Counted from the first letter of the stretch, positions 1-7,178 are shown. The stretch is DNA of 15,391 nt from Candidatus Methanomethylicia archaeon (GCA_029259155.1 JAPDJI010000024.1:1-15391), one strand, 5' to 3'. Numbers and translations are program-made. The notes: generated by a model not told the origin, from the letters alone.

Positions 1-762
1 ATCGTGGATACATGGTGGCAGACCGAGACCGGAGGTATTCTAATAAGCTCTTTGCCGGGGATAGGCCCCATCATACCCACGGTGGCTGGTAGGAGCTTTC
101 CAGGCACCAAACACCTCATCTTAGATGAGGAGGGTAGGCCAGCACCCATGGGTGAGGAGGGCTACCTAGTCCAAATTCCTCCCTTCGCTCCAGGCATGCT
201 TAGAGGTATATGGGGAGACCCTAAGAGGTACGTGGATACCTACTTCTCCCAGTTTGGGCCTGAATACTACTTTACCGGCGACGGGGCTAGGATGATGGAA
301 GGGGAGGCCTTCAGGATAATAGGTAGGTTAGACGACGTGTTGAAAGTGGCTGGGCATAGGTTATCGACGGCTGAGCTTGAAAACGCGATAGCCAGCCACC
401 CTAAAGTAGCTGAAGCTGCTGTGGTGGGCGTACCCCACGAGGTTAAGGGAGAGGTGCCGGTAGCCTTCGTTATACTCAAGGCAGGCGTGGAGCCTACTCC
501 AGAGCTTGAGAGAGAGCTGGTCAAGAAGGTGGATGAGGCCATCGGCCCCATAGCTAGGCCTGAACGCGTAGTGTTCGTGACCGACGTCCCGAAGACGAGG
601 AGCGGCAAGATCATGAGGAGGATCCTGCGTAGATTGCTGCGCAATGAGCCTTTAGGCGACGTCACCACTTTAATGAACCCTGAGGTTGTCGAGGAGCTTA
701 AGAGCCTAGTAGGCTATAGGGGTAGCCGGGGGCTTCTCCTTGAAGGTGGAGGTGGCTGGTAA
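1..762 (+). CDS. acs: Acetyl-CoA synthetase (AMP-forming acetate--CoA ligase), 5'-truncated by the window edge
   Basis: Frame is open from base 1 (IVDTWWQTETGG). Diagnostic Acs motifs DTWWQTETGG, YFTGDGA, GRLDDVLKVAGHRLSTAE and PKTRSGKIMRR. Stop TAA at 760-762. Confidence 0.95.
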   Translation: MVDTWWQTETGGILISSLPGIGPIIPTVAGRSFPGTKHLILDEEGRPAPMGEEGYLVQIPPFAPGMLRGIWGDPKRYVDTYFSQFGPEYYFTGDGARMMEGEAFRIIGRLDDVLKVAGHRLSTAELENAIASHPKVAEAAVVGVPHEVKGEVPVAFVILKAGVEPTPELERELVKKVDEAIGPIARPERVVFVTDVPKTRSGKIMRRILRRLLRNEPLGDVTTLMNPEVVEELKSLVGYRGSRGLLLEGGGGW

Positions 763-1291
763 AACCTTCGAGCTGGCTCAGGGGGACATAACGGAGCTTA
801 CCGTAGACGCCATAGTCAACGCTGCTAACGAGCTCTTGAAGCTAGGTGGAGGAGTGGCAGGCGCTATTAGGCGTAAAGGAGGCCCAAAGATACAGGAGGA
901 ATGTGATAGGATACGTTACTGCCCTGTAGGTAGCGCTGTGATAACTACAGGCGGTAATCTCAAGGCAAGCTACGTTATCCACGCTGTAGGTCCAAGGCAG
1001 GGGGATAGCGACGTGGAAGGCAAGCTTAGAAGCGCTACGCTGAGCAGTTTAAGGCTAGCCGACGAATATAGGCTGCGTAGCATAGCTTTCCCGGCTATCT
1101 CCACAGGTGCCTTTGGCGTGCCCTTGGAGGTATGCGCAGACGTAATGATACCAGCCATACTGGACTACCTAAGCAAGGACACTGGGCTTAAGAGGGTGGT
1201 TCTATGCCTCTATAGGAATGAGGCTTACAACGTGTTCGCTGAGGCTTTAAAGAAACACGCTGAAGCTAGGGGGCTTAAGGTGGAGGAATGA
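740..1291 (+). CDS. Macrodomain protein (O-acetyl-ADP-ribose deacetylase / ADP-ribosylhydrolase, MacroD/YmdB type)
   Basis: Motifs GDIT, AIVNAAN, GGGVAGAI, VIHAVGP and AFPAISTGAFG. TTG start after GGGGG. Overlaps acs by 23 bp. Confidence 0.93.
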   Translation: MKVEVAGKTFELAQGDITELTVDAIVNAANELLKLGGGVAGAIRRKGGPKIQEECDRIRYCPVGSAVITTGGNLKASYVIHAVGPRQGDSDVEGKLRSATLSSLRLADEYRLRSIAFPAISTGAFGVPLEVCADVMIPAILDYLSKDTGLKRVVLCLYRNEAYNVFAEALKKHAEARGLKVEE

Positions 1292-1302
1292 AAACGTTAC
1301 GC

Positions 1303-1308
1303 TTTAAT
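1303..1308 (+). promoter_or_regulatory. Putative TATA box of a leaderless transcript starting near ATG 1333
   Basis: TTTAAT lies 30 bp upstream of the ATG, and no SD motif precedes the ATG. Confidence 0.5.
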
Positions 1309-1332
1309 CCAGCGCCTTTACCGTCCATCTAG

Positions 1333-2166
1333 ATGACCGAGCTCCTCCTGTTTTTTAGGCCTAGAAGGTTAAGGTTGGCTAATAGGCAGGCCGCAGTAAA
1401 CCTTTACTCGGCTGCTTTAACCCTAGGCTCCGACCTATTATTGATCGACCTCCCTGAAGGCATGGAACCCTTCCTATCTTGGCCTCAGCTCTCCTCAGCT
1501 TCCACCATCCTCGAGGCCGCTGTGGAGGCTGGTGTACTGCCAGCCAGCTCCTCCATGTTAAGGTCTCTTGAACCCTTAGTGGAGGGTGTGATGAAGGCTA
1601 AGCGCCAACTCGACGTGGAGGTGCGCTGCTACGCAGATCCTTCGTTGATGAAGGATGACCACGCCCTGTCCATGGAGGTCCCTAGACTACTACTTAGAGC
1701 CTCGCTGAGCAGCTTCCTAGAGAGAGACCTTAAGGAATGGCTTGACCTAGTTGAGAGGCGTAGGATGCTAGCTCACAGACACCTTCAATCCTCAGTGGGC
1801 AAAGTAGCCTCTCTAGCGCTTAAAGCTAAACGCCCCATCTGTCTAGCAGGCTTAGAGGCGTGGGAGCTAGCTAAACAGCTTAGAGAGGTCGGCTTCAAGG
1901 TTCAATTAAGGTCGGCTGGGCTACCCTACCTACATACTCCTCTGGAGGTCTTAGAGAAGCTTCACTCCGGAGGCTTATTGACGCAGGGGTTACTGGAGGA
2001 GTTGGTGAAGGAGCAGCTAAGCTACGTCAAGGAGTACGTGATGAAGCATGAAGGCGTAGACGAAGCTCACGCCACCTGGACTTTGAGTAAGGCTCCTTGG
2101 CTTCTCTGCTTCAAAGCTAAGCTTTATCCAGGTTCAGGCTCCTCTCCTCCTAAATGTACAGATTAG
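1333..2166 (+). CDS. Hypothetical protein, 277 aa
   Basis: Long ORF with codon usage like its neighbours and a TATA-like box at -30. No catalytic motif recognised. Confidence 0.8.
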   Translation: MTELLLFFRPRRLRLANRQAAVNLYSAALTLGSDLLLIDLPEGMEPFLSWPQLSSASTILEAAVEAGVLPASSSMLRSLEPLVEGVMKAKRQLDVEVRCYADPSLMKDDHALSMEVPRLLLRASLSSFLERDLKEWLDLVERRRMLAHRHLQSSVGKVASLALKAKRPICLAGLEAWELAKQLREVGFKVQLRSAGLPYLHTPLEVLEKLHSGGLLTQGLLEELVKEQLSYVKEYVMKHEGVDEAHATWTLSKAPWLLCFKAKLYPGSGSSPPKCTD

Positions 2167-2261
2167 TCGTCGACGAGGAGAAATGTAGAGGTTGCGGAGC
2201 CTGTAAATACCTGATCTACTGTCCAAGCTCTAAGAGCTGTATAGGGATTTCCTGGACGTGA
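2154..2261 (+). pseudogene. Truncated 5' end of a 4Fe-4S (ferredoxin-domain) protein gene
   Basis: Manual translation from ATG 2154: MYRLVVDEEKCRGCGACKYLIYCPSSKSCIG|ISWT*. It has a VDEEKCxGCGAC cluster motif and a second CIG.. motif cut short. TTTATC at 2123-2128 (-31) could be its promoter. Confidence 0.75.
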
Positions 2262-2398
2262 TGATCATAGACGAGGTGGACGCTACTCTCAAGCCTAGGA
2301 TTGAAGGGTTAAGCATCGGGGTGGTCACGGCTCCTACGTTGATGAAGAGTCTAGAGGATAAGGTTAGGCTCGCTAAGATAGTCTTAAGCTTACGATGA
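2234..2398 (+). pseudogene. cofD: 3' remnant of 2-phospho-L-lactate transferase (F420 biosynthesis)
   Basis: Manual translation: ELYRDFLDVMIIDEVDATLKPRIEGLSIGVVTAPTLMKSLEDKVRLAKIVLSLR*. This fits the CofD C-terminal pattern YxDFLDxxVIDxxD...TxMxxxEDKVRLA as I recall it. An in-frame TAA lies at 2231-2233, so the rest of the gene is absent. Confidence 0.75.
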
Positions 2399-2704
2399 CA
2401 GCTCTTGGAGGAGGGCTGAGAGGTACTCCTTAAACCTCCTAAGTATGGCCCTGCCCTGCTCAGTCATCGAGTACTCCTTGATCTTCCTACGACCCCTATT
2501 AAGCCACTTCCCCTTAACGTAGCCCTTCAGCTCAAGCTCCTTGAGGGCGGGGTAAAGCAGGCTAGGCCCTACGCTCCTACCGGTCAGGCGCTTAATCTCC
2601 GACATTAAGCTATAGCCGTGGCGCTCCCCTTTCTCTAAGAGCCCTAGTATAATGGGCTTAACGAGGCTTCTAGAGAGGGGCTTAAGGAGCTCCTCCTCGA
2701 ACAA
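2390..2704 (-). CDS. PadR-family transcriptional regulator
   Basis: ILGLL...HGYSLM...GPSLLYPALKELELKGYV...W...RRKIKEYSMTEQG is the PadR winged-HTH signature. TTG start after GGGGG. Overlaps the upstream gene by 23 bp. Confidence 0.93.
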   Translation of the reverse strand: MFEEELLKPLSRSLVKPIILGLLEKGERHGYSLMSEIKRLTGRSVGPSLLYPALKELELKGYVKGKWLNRGRRKIKEYSMTEQGRAILRRFKEYLSALLQELSS

Positions 2705-4262
2705 TTAAACCCCCTACTTGTGCGGTTTGAGTAATAGCTAGCCTCCGTTTAAAGGCTTTAGCCGCTTTCCGCGACACGTAAACCTTGATGGCCCTCGCCA
2801 GCCACCTGATAAAGGCTCCTGCGAGCGGGCCTAGGTAACTGGAGTAGTCGTCGGCTAGCTCCACCAGCCACTTAAGGTTATGCTCCAACACCACCCTATA
2901 CAGCTCCCAGTGGTGGGGACCAGCGTCCTCCAGCATCCTCATCGCTTTATGGTCCTTCGACCCTGGGGGAGGCACGTAGAGGAGGGGGACTATGAAGCTC
3001 TTGTAGGGCTTTAAGCGCTCCACGAGCTCGACGGTATCCATCACGTCGTCGACGGTCTCTCCGGGTAGGTTGATTATCAAGGTGGCGCAGGGTATCCAGT
3101 TGTTGTCGACGCTTATAGCGAAGGACTGTTCAACCACCTCGGGCCAGTCCTTGGGCTTAAACGGGTAGGGCTTCATGTACATGTGCCTTTCCATAAGCCT
3201 AGGGCTGCCGGTCTCAATGCCCGTCTGGTAGCCCATCCACCTGGTCTTCGTCAGCCCCAGGAGCTCACTTAACTCCTCGATTAGCTTAGGGTGGCTCGCT
3301 ATCGAGGAGAGGGCCGCGTGGCTGATGCCTACGTTCTCAACTCCAGGTACGCCCAGCACCTTCTTGAAGAGCTCCACCACCTTGCCTGCCTTGACCTCTA
3401 GGGCTGTGCCGCCATACCTCAGGGCGTCCTCGGCGTGAAGGCATATCGTGCGTTTGCCGAACCTTACGTTCACCTCAACGTCGGCTAAGATATCGTCTAG
3501 AGGCCTATGGCGGAGCCTCCTCAGCGTGGGTAAGCAGAATTTACATCCACGCCCACACCCCCTAGACGCCTCTACGAGCCCTCCTACTGTAGCCCCTAGA
3601 AGCCTAGGTATCTGTCTCGGAGTCGGAGTCTCACTGGGCGGCACCTTCACTGTGCATGGCGTCTTAAGGGAGCCATCCATTAGGCCCCGGAACACCCTAG
3701 GCGCTACGAGCTCCGCCTCCCCGTCAACCACTACGTCTATGCCTAGGGCGGCCATGTCCTTTAAGCTCAGCTGCCAGGCCCCAGGCCCCCCGACGACCAC
3801 TTTAGCTCCTCTCCTCCTCTCCTCCTGGATGGACCTGGAGGTTAAGAGCTCCCTAAACTTCCAGGCAGACATGGGCTCCTCGTGGATCACCCCGTAGGGC
3901 CCTGCCAGCGTGGAGGATGAAGGCCCAAGCCCAAGCGGGTCGTTGGTGGAGACCCCTATTACCTTGGTCTCTGAGCCTATAACCTTGGGCAGCGAGTCGG
4001 GGGTAGCTACGGCGACCTCTTCCCTCTTAACTACGCCAGCCTCTACGAGCGTAGCCTCCACCCTCCTTAGGCCGTGGGGGGCTAGTAGGGCCCTCCCCTC
4101 TTTATCGGACGGCACGGGCTTGGCTATGAAGTTGAAGAGAATCGAGGGATGTAGCAGCGGGAACCCTTTCTTAGGGGCGGTGGTCATGAAGCCTAGGAAG
4201 AGCCCGCCAAAGTAGTCGCTCATCAAGGTTCTATCGGCGGTTAAGACCACCTTGAAGCCCAT
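2682..4262 (-). CDS. Radical SAM enzyme with a B12-binding-like N-terminal domain, GDGT ring synthase (GrsA/GrsB) family-like
   Basis: CxxxCxxC motif (RGCGRGCKFC), VVVGGPGAWQ, DVVVDGEAE and GIETGSPRL. The N-terminal LTADRTLMSDY..FLGF..P and APHGLRRVEA, and DPLGLGPSSST, resemble Sulfolobales Grs proteins as I recall them. Confidence 0.85.
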   Translation of the reverse strand: MGFKVVLTADRTLMSDYFGGLFLGFMTTAPKKGFPLLHPSILFNFIAKPVPSDKEGRALLAPHGLRRVEATLVEAGVVKREEVAVATPDSLPKVIGSETKVIGVSTNDPLGLGPSSSTLAGPYGVIHEEPMSAWKFRELLTSRSIQEERRRGAKVVVGGPGAWQLSLKDMAALGIDVVVDGEAELVAPRVFRGLMDGSLKTPCTVKVPPSETPTPRQIPRLLGATVGGLVEASRGCGRGCKFCLPTLRRLRHRPLDDILADVEVNVRFGKRTICLHAEDALRYGGTALEVKAGKVVELFKKVLGVPGVENVGISHAALSSIASHPKLIEELSELLGLTKTRWMGYQTGIETGSPRLMERHMYMKPYPFKPKDWPEVVEQSFAISVDNNWIPCATLIINLPGETVDDVMDTVELVERLKPYKSFIVPLLYVPPPGSKDHKAMRMLEDAGPHHWELYRVVLEHNLKWLVELADDYSSYLGPLAGAFIRWLARAIKVYVSRKAAKAFKRRLAITQTAQVGGLIVRGGAP

Positions 4263-4270
4263 AGCGCCTC

Positions 4271-4310
4271 AGATATATCCAGAACTAGATATATCTCTTT
4301 CTGGAGATAA
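4271..4310. promoter_or_regulatory. Tandem palindromic operator over the grs-like/padR promoter
   Basis: Perfect inverted repeat AGATATATC-N8-GATATATCT at 4271-4296. An overlapping degenerate copy ATATATC-N8-GAGATAA lies at 4289-4310. The array is 9-48 bp upstream of ATG 4262. Confidence 0.7.
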
Positions 4311-4342
4311 GCGATAACTTATTAGACTGCGCGTAGCTTAAT

Positions 4343-4615
4343 CTACATGGCTATCAGCGTTATCCTCCTAGCCTTCTCTTCAAACTTCGAGAAGCCTACT
4401 CCCACCAGCGAGGGAGCTATGGAGGCCGCGAAGAGGATGTTCACAGCTGTAGCTATAGCTATTAAGGCTTCTCTAAGCGTTTTAGCCTCCTAGAGAGGGT
4501 AGGCGACCATGAAGCAAGCTAGCATCCAAGCTCCGCCGATGAAGAGGAGGACCAAGCTCACCGCTGTAAACCAGGGTGAGCGGCTTAGCCTCCATCCATA
4601 TCCCTTTAATAATGC
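4343..4615 (-). pseudogene. Probable degraded membrane-protein (permease-like) gene fragment
   Basis: One frame reads ALLKGYGWRLSRSPWFTAVSLVLLFIGGAWMLACFMVAYPL*EAKTLREALIAIATAVNILFAASIAPSLVGVGFSKFEEKARRITLIAM*. Two TM-like segments are separated by an in-frame TAG (4492-4490), and there is no credible start codon. Confidence 0.4.
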
Positions 4616-4667
4616 CTATACTCAAGGCATATGTGAGCCTTGGCTAGGTTACGTAGAGGTGGTGGCT

Positions 4668-5366
4668 TTGTCTACAGACTTGGAGAAGCTACTGGATACC
4701 GCTCTTTCCGAAGGGCGTGCATGGCTACTTGAACCTGAAGCTAAGCAGGCCTGTAGGTTGATGAACATAGCTACGGCTAGGTTTAAGGTGGCGCATAGCC
4801 TAGACGAAGCCTTAACGGCCGCTGAGGAGATCGGCTACCCCGTCGTTTTGAAGGTGGTGTCGCCCGACATACTGCATAAAAGCGATGTGGGCGGCGTGGT
4901 CTTAGATGTTAAGGGCCCTGAAGCCTTGAAGGCTTCCTACAATGCCCTGCTAAGCAGGGTGAAGGAGGCTAAGCCGGAAGCTAAGATCGTAGGCGTGCTC
5001 GTCGAGGAGATGTTGAGGCCGAGCCTCGAGGTCGCCTTCGGCCTCGTCAGAGACCCTCAGTTCGGCCCAGCGGTAATGTTTGGGCTTGGAGGAATCTACG
5101 TGGAGCTCTATAGAGATGTAACCTTCCGGATAGCTCCAATCAGCGTGGAGGAGGCCCAGGAGATGATAAGGGAGGTCAAGGTCTACCGCTTATTGACGGG
5201 CTACCGCGGCATGCCTAAGCTGGACATCGAGGCCTTAGTGGACATAGCATTGAAGCTTTCGAAGCTAGGGGTCGAGCACTCTAAGGTGAGGCAGGTCGAC
5301 TTAAACCCGGTAATGGTATATGAGAAGGGAGCTATAGTGGCCGACGCAAGGATGCAGGTGGGCTAG
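4668..5366 (+). CDS. acdB: ADP-forming acetate/acyl-CoA ligase beta subunit (ATP-grasp)
   Basis: LLEPEAK, IGYPVVLKVVSPDILHKSDVGGV (phosphorylatable His), RDPQFGPAVMFGLGG and VDLNP. Start re-assigned from 4509 to TTG 4668 (SD GAGGTG upstream), giving 232 aa, a typical beta-subunit size. Confidence 0.9.
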   Translation: MSTDLEKLLDTALSEGRAWLLEPEAKQACRLMNIATARFKVAHSLDEALTAAEEIGYPVVLKVVSPDILHKSDVGGVVLDVKGPEALKASYNALLSRVKEAKPEAKIVGVLVEEMLRPSLEVAFGLVRDPQFGPAVMFGLGGIYVELYRDVTFRIAPISVEEAQEMIREVKVYRLLTGYRGMPKLDIEALVDIALKLSKLGVEHSKVRQVDLNPVMVYEKGAIVADARMQVG

Positions 5367-7096
5367 GAAGAAGTAGCTATGGGCGCAACTAGGTCAGGTG
5401 CGACGAGGTCTAAGCCTGTATACTTAGCTACTCGTTCATCGATCTCTAAGGCGTTTAGGAACCTCCTATACTTCCACAACAGGTAGTTGGCGCGTTCAAG
5501 TTTAAGCTGCCTCACATAGGTCTCCATCTGCTCCTCGGTGTAGTAGCGTTTAAGGTCAAACCTGGAGATATCCACGTCCTCCACGTACTTAGGCACCTCC
5601 ACGCCGAAGTAAGGCTCCTCAACCCACTCGATCGTGCCCCTGAGGATGCCTCTAATGATAGCTGCCGTCTCCCTTATCTCCACCCTAGTCACCCTCTGCT
5701 TCACGTATACCTTATACCCGTTCTTGACCATGACCTCCCCTATGCCGCCTGTATTGAGCAGGTAGCACTGTACCTTGTCCCTGTTGAGCCTTAGGAAGTT
5801 GTAGAACCATACGCCTTCCTCCACCGGGTCCCCTACGATGAACGGGTTGGTGCCCACCACCCTCACCGACTCCCCTATCCTACGCGGGTCGCTAGCCGCC
5901 GTCTCTATGGACTCGCCTAGCATGAAGGTGGCTGCCGCCTGCTCCACGGTCAGCCTCGATATTATGGGCACCACGGTGTTCCTCCTGGTGATGAAGATGA
6001 TCACCATGCCATCCAGCTCGCTCAGCGGCGGCAGGTTTATCGACGGGCTTAGGTAGGACTGGTCTAGGTCAGACCTAGGGAAGACTCCTCTACCGTTACC
6101 GGTGAGGGTATCGTCTAGGAAGTCGACGGCCCCTGTGTAGTCGACCATCACATTCTCGAACACAGCGTTGCGCTTCGTAGCGGCGTTCCATATCAGCGGC
6201 TGGTTGATAGGGTCTATGTCCGTCTTCAAGAAGAACCCGTTCTCCGTCCCCAGCGCTGAGCCGTCCATCTTCAGGAACACTACGTCGTCCTGCACTATCT
6301 CGATGCCTTCACCATCCTCCGGGTTCAAGCCGTGGTGGTGACAGGTGTGCGTTGTCTTACCCGTAGCTGAAAGCCCGAAGAGGAGCATGGAGTATCTCCT
6401 AAGCCTGCCGTCAGGGCTTCTAGCCCTAACGATCTTGGCCCCTGCGTGTACGCCTAGCATGCCCCTCTGCTTGGCGTACCACATGGCCATCCTGAGGAAG
6501 CCCTTCTTAGCCTCCCCGAAGTAGTCGCTGCCTAAAACGTAGGTTACGCCTATCTCTGGGAAAACGAGGATTTGACGGTCCTTCTCATGCCACTCAGGTA
6601 TGAAGATTAAGTAGAGCTCAGGGCTTCCACTAGCCATCCCCCTGCTCTTATCGAAGAGCAGCACGTCTAACATGTAAGCTAGCCTAACGCAGTCTTTACG
6701 CTGCAGCGACACGTACATCGTGCATTTAGGGGTAAACTCGTCGTTATTCCCCATGATCTTCTCCACGCATATCAGAGGAGTTCTCTTAAGGTACCTCTGC
6801 ACCTTCTCAACCGTCTCAGGAGCTTCCTTCACGAGCTCCCTCTGCCTATCGCTTAGGGCATCGTAATCCATCACCCTTGGGCTACCTATGTAAACCGTGA
6901 GCGCAGCGCTACGGTTCCTAACGTTAGTGGAGAACACCAAGTTTCCGTACACGGTCCTGATACCGTGCTGCTCAGCCATGGCTCTGAGGGTCTCGGAGTC
7001 CACGTGTATCACGTTGGGTTGATGATGAAGCTGCCTGACATCCTCAAGTACGCTTTCCAGCAACGTGCCAGCGTCATCCCAGATGGCCTTAACCAC
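5363..7096 (-). CDS. pckA: Phosphoenolpyruvate carboxykinase, ATP-dependent family
   Basis: YFGEAKKG, HAG, P-loop FGLSATGKTT, metal-binding QDD, GNGRGVFP and YLLNTG motifs. GTG start with AGGAG SD. Confidence 0.88.
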   Translation of the reverse strand: MVKAIWDDAGTLLESVLEDVRQLHHQPNVIHVDSETLRAMAEQHGIRTVYGNLVFSTNVRNRSAALTVYIGSPRVMDYDALSDRQRELVKEAPETVEKVQRYLKRTPLICVEKIMGNNDEFTPKCTMYVSLQRKDCVRLAYMLDVLLFDKSRGMASGSPELYLIFIPEWHEKDRQILVFPEIGVTYVLGSDYFGEAKKGFLRMAMWYAKQRGMLGVHAGAKIVRARSPDGRLRRYSMLLFGLSATGKTTHTCHHHGLNPEDGEGIEIVQDDVVFLKMDGSALGTENGFFLKTDIDPINQPLIWNAATKRNAVFENVMVDYTGAVDFLDDTLTGNGRGVFPRSDLDQSYLSPSINLPPLSELDGMVIIFITRRNTVVPIISRLTVEQAAATFMLGESIETAASDPRRIGESVRVVGTNPFIVGDPVEEGVWFYNFLRLNRDKVQCYLLNTGGIGEVMVKNGYKVYVKQRVTRVEIRETAAIIRGILRGTIEWVEEPYFGVEVPKYVEDVDISRFDLKRYYTEEQMETYVRQLKLERANYLLWKYRRFLNALEIDERVAKYTGLDLVAPDLVAPIATSS

Positions 7097-7145
7097 TGCT
7101 CCTATCCCTCTTCTTTAAACCTCCCCCCTCTTGGCAGATCGACAT

Positions 7146-7178
7146 ATTTAAAAGTTTCCAAGTTAACATTTTGTAAAC
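7146..7178. promoter_or_regulatory. Shared divergent TATA element plus an imperfect palindrome (candidate Lrp operator)
   Basis: ATTTAAAA (7146-7153) reads as a TATA box on both strands, with GGAAAC as a BRE-like element on the minus strand. GTTAACA-TTT-TGTAAAC at 7162-7178 has 6 of 7 pairs complementary. Confidence 0.55.

Noticed and set aside
267-668. Antisense ORF inside acs (also 970-1158 inside the macrodomain gene)
   Set aside because: Ser/Thr/Pro-rich shadow frames of well-supported genes.
2154-2398. Programmed frameshift producing a ferredoxin-CofD fusion peptide
   Set aside because: There is no clear slippery heptamer, and both parts are incomplete domains. A deletion or mis-assembly fits better.
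3448-4215. Plus-strand ORFs 3448-3897 and 3910-4215
   Set aside because: Antisense shadows of the radical SAM gene with typical reverse-frame composition.
4343-4618. In-frame TAGs as possible pyrrolysine or readthrough codons
   Set aside because: TAG is the normal stop for several intact genes here (acdB, pckA, lrp, fadD-like, M6 protease), and no pyl genes are visible. Decay is the simpler explanation.
4556-4642. Hairpins GCTCACC..GGTGAGC (4556-4581) and CAAGGC-N8-GCCTTG (4623-4642)
   Set aside because: Short GC-rich stems could arise by chance, and nothing else supports them.
4509-4667. 53-aa N-terminal extension of acdB in the ORF track
   Set aside because: It does not resemble beta subunits. 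TTG 4668 has a good SD, a TATA-like TTTAATAA at 4605-4612 and gives the expected length.
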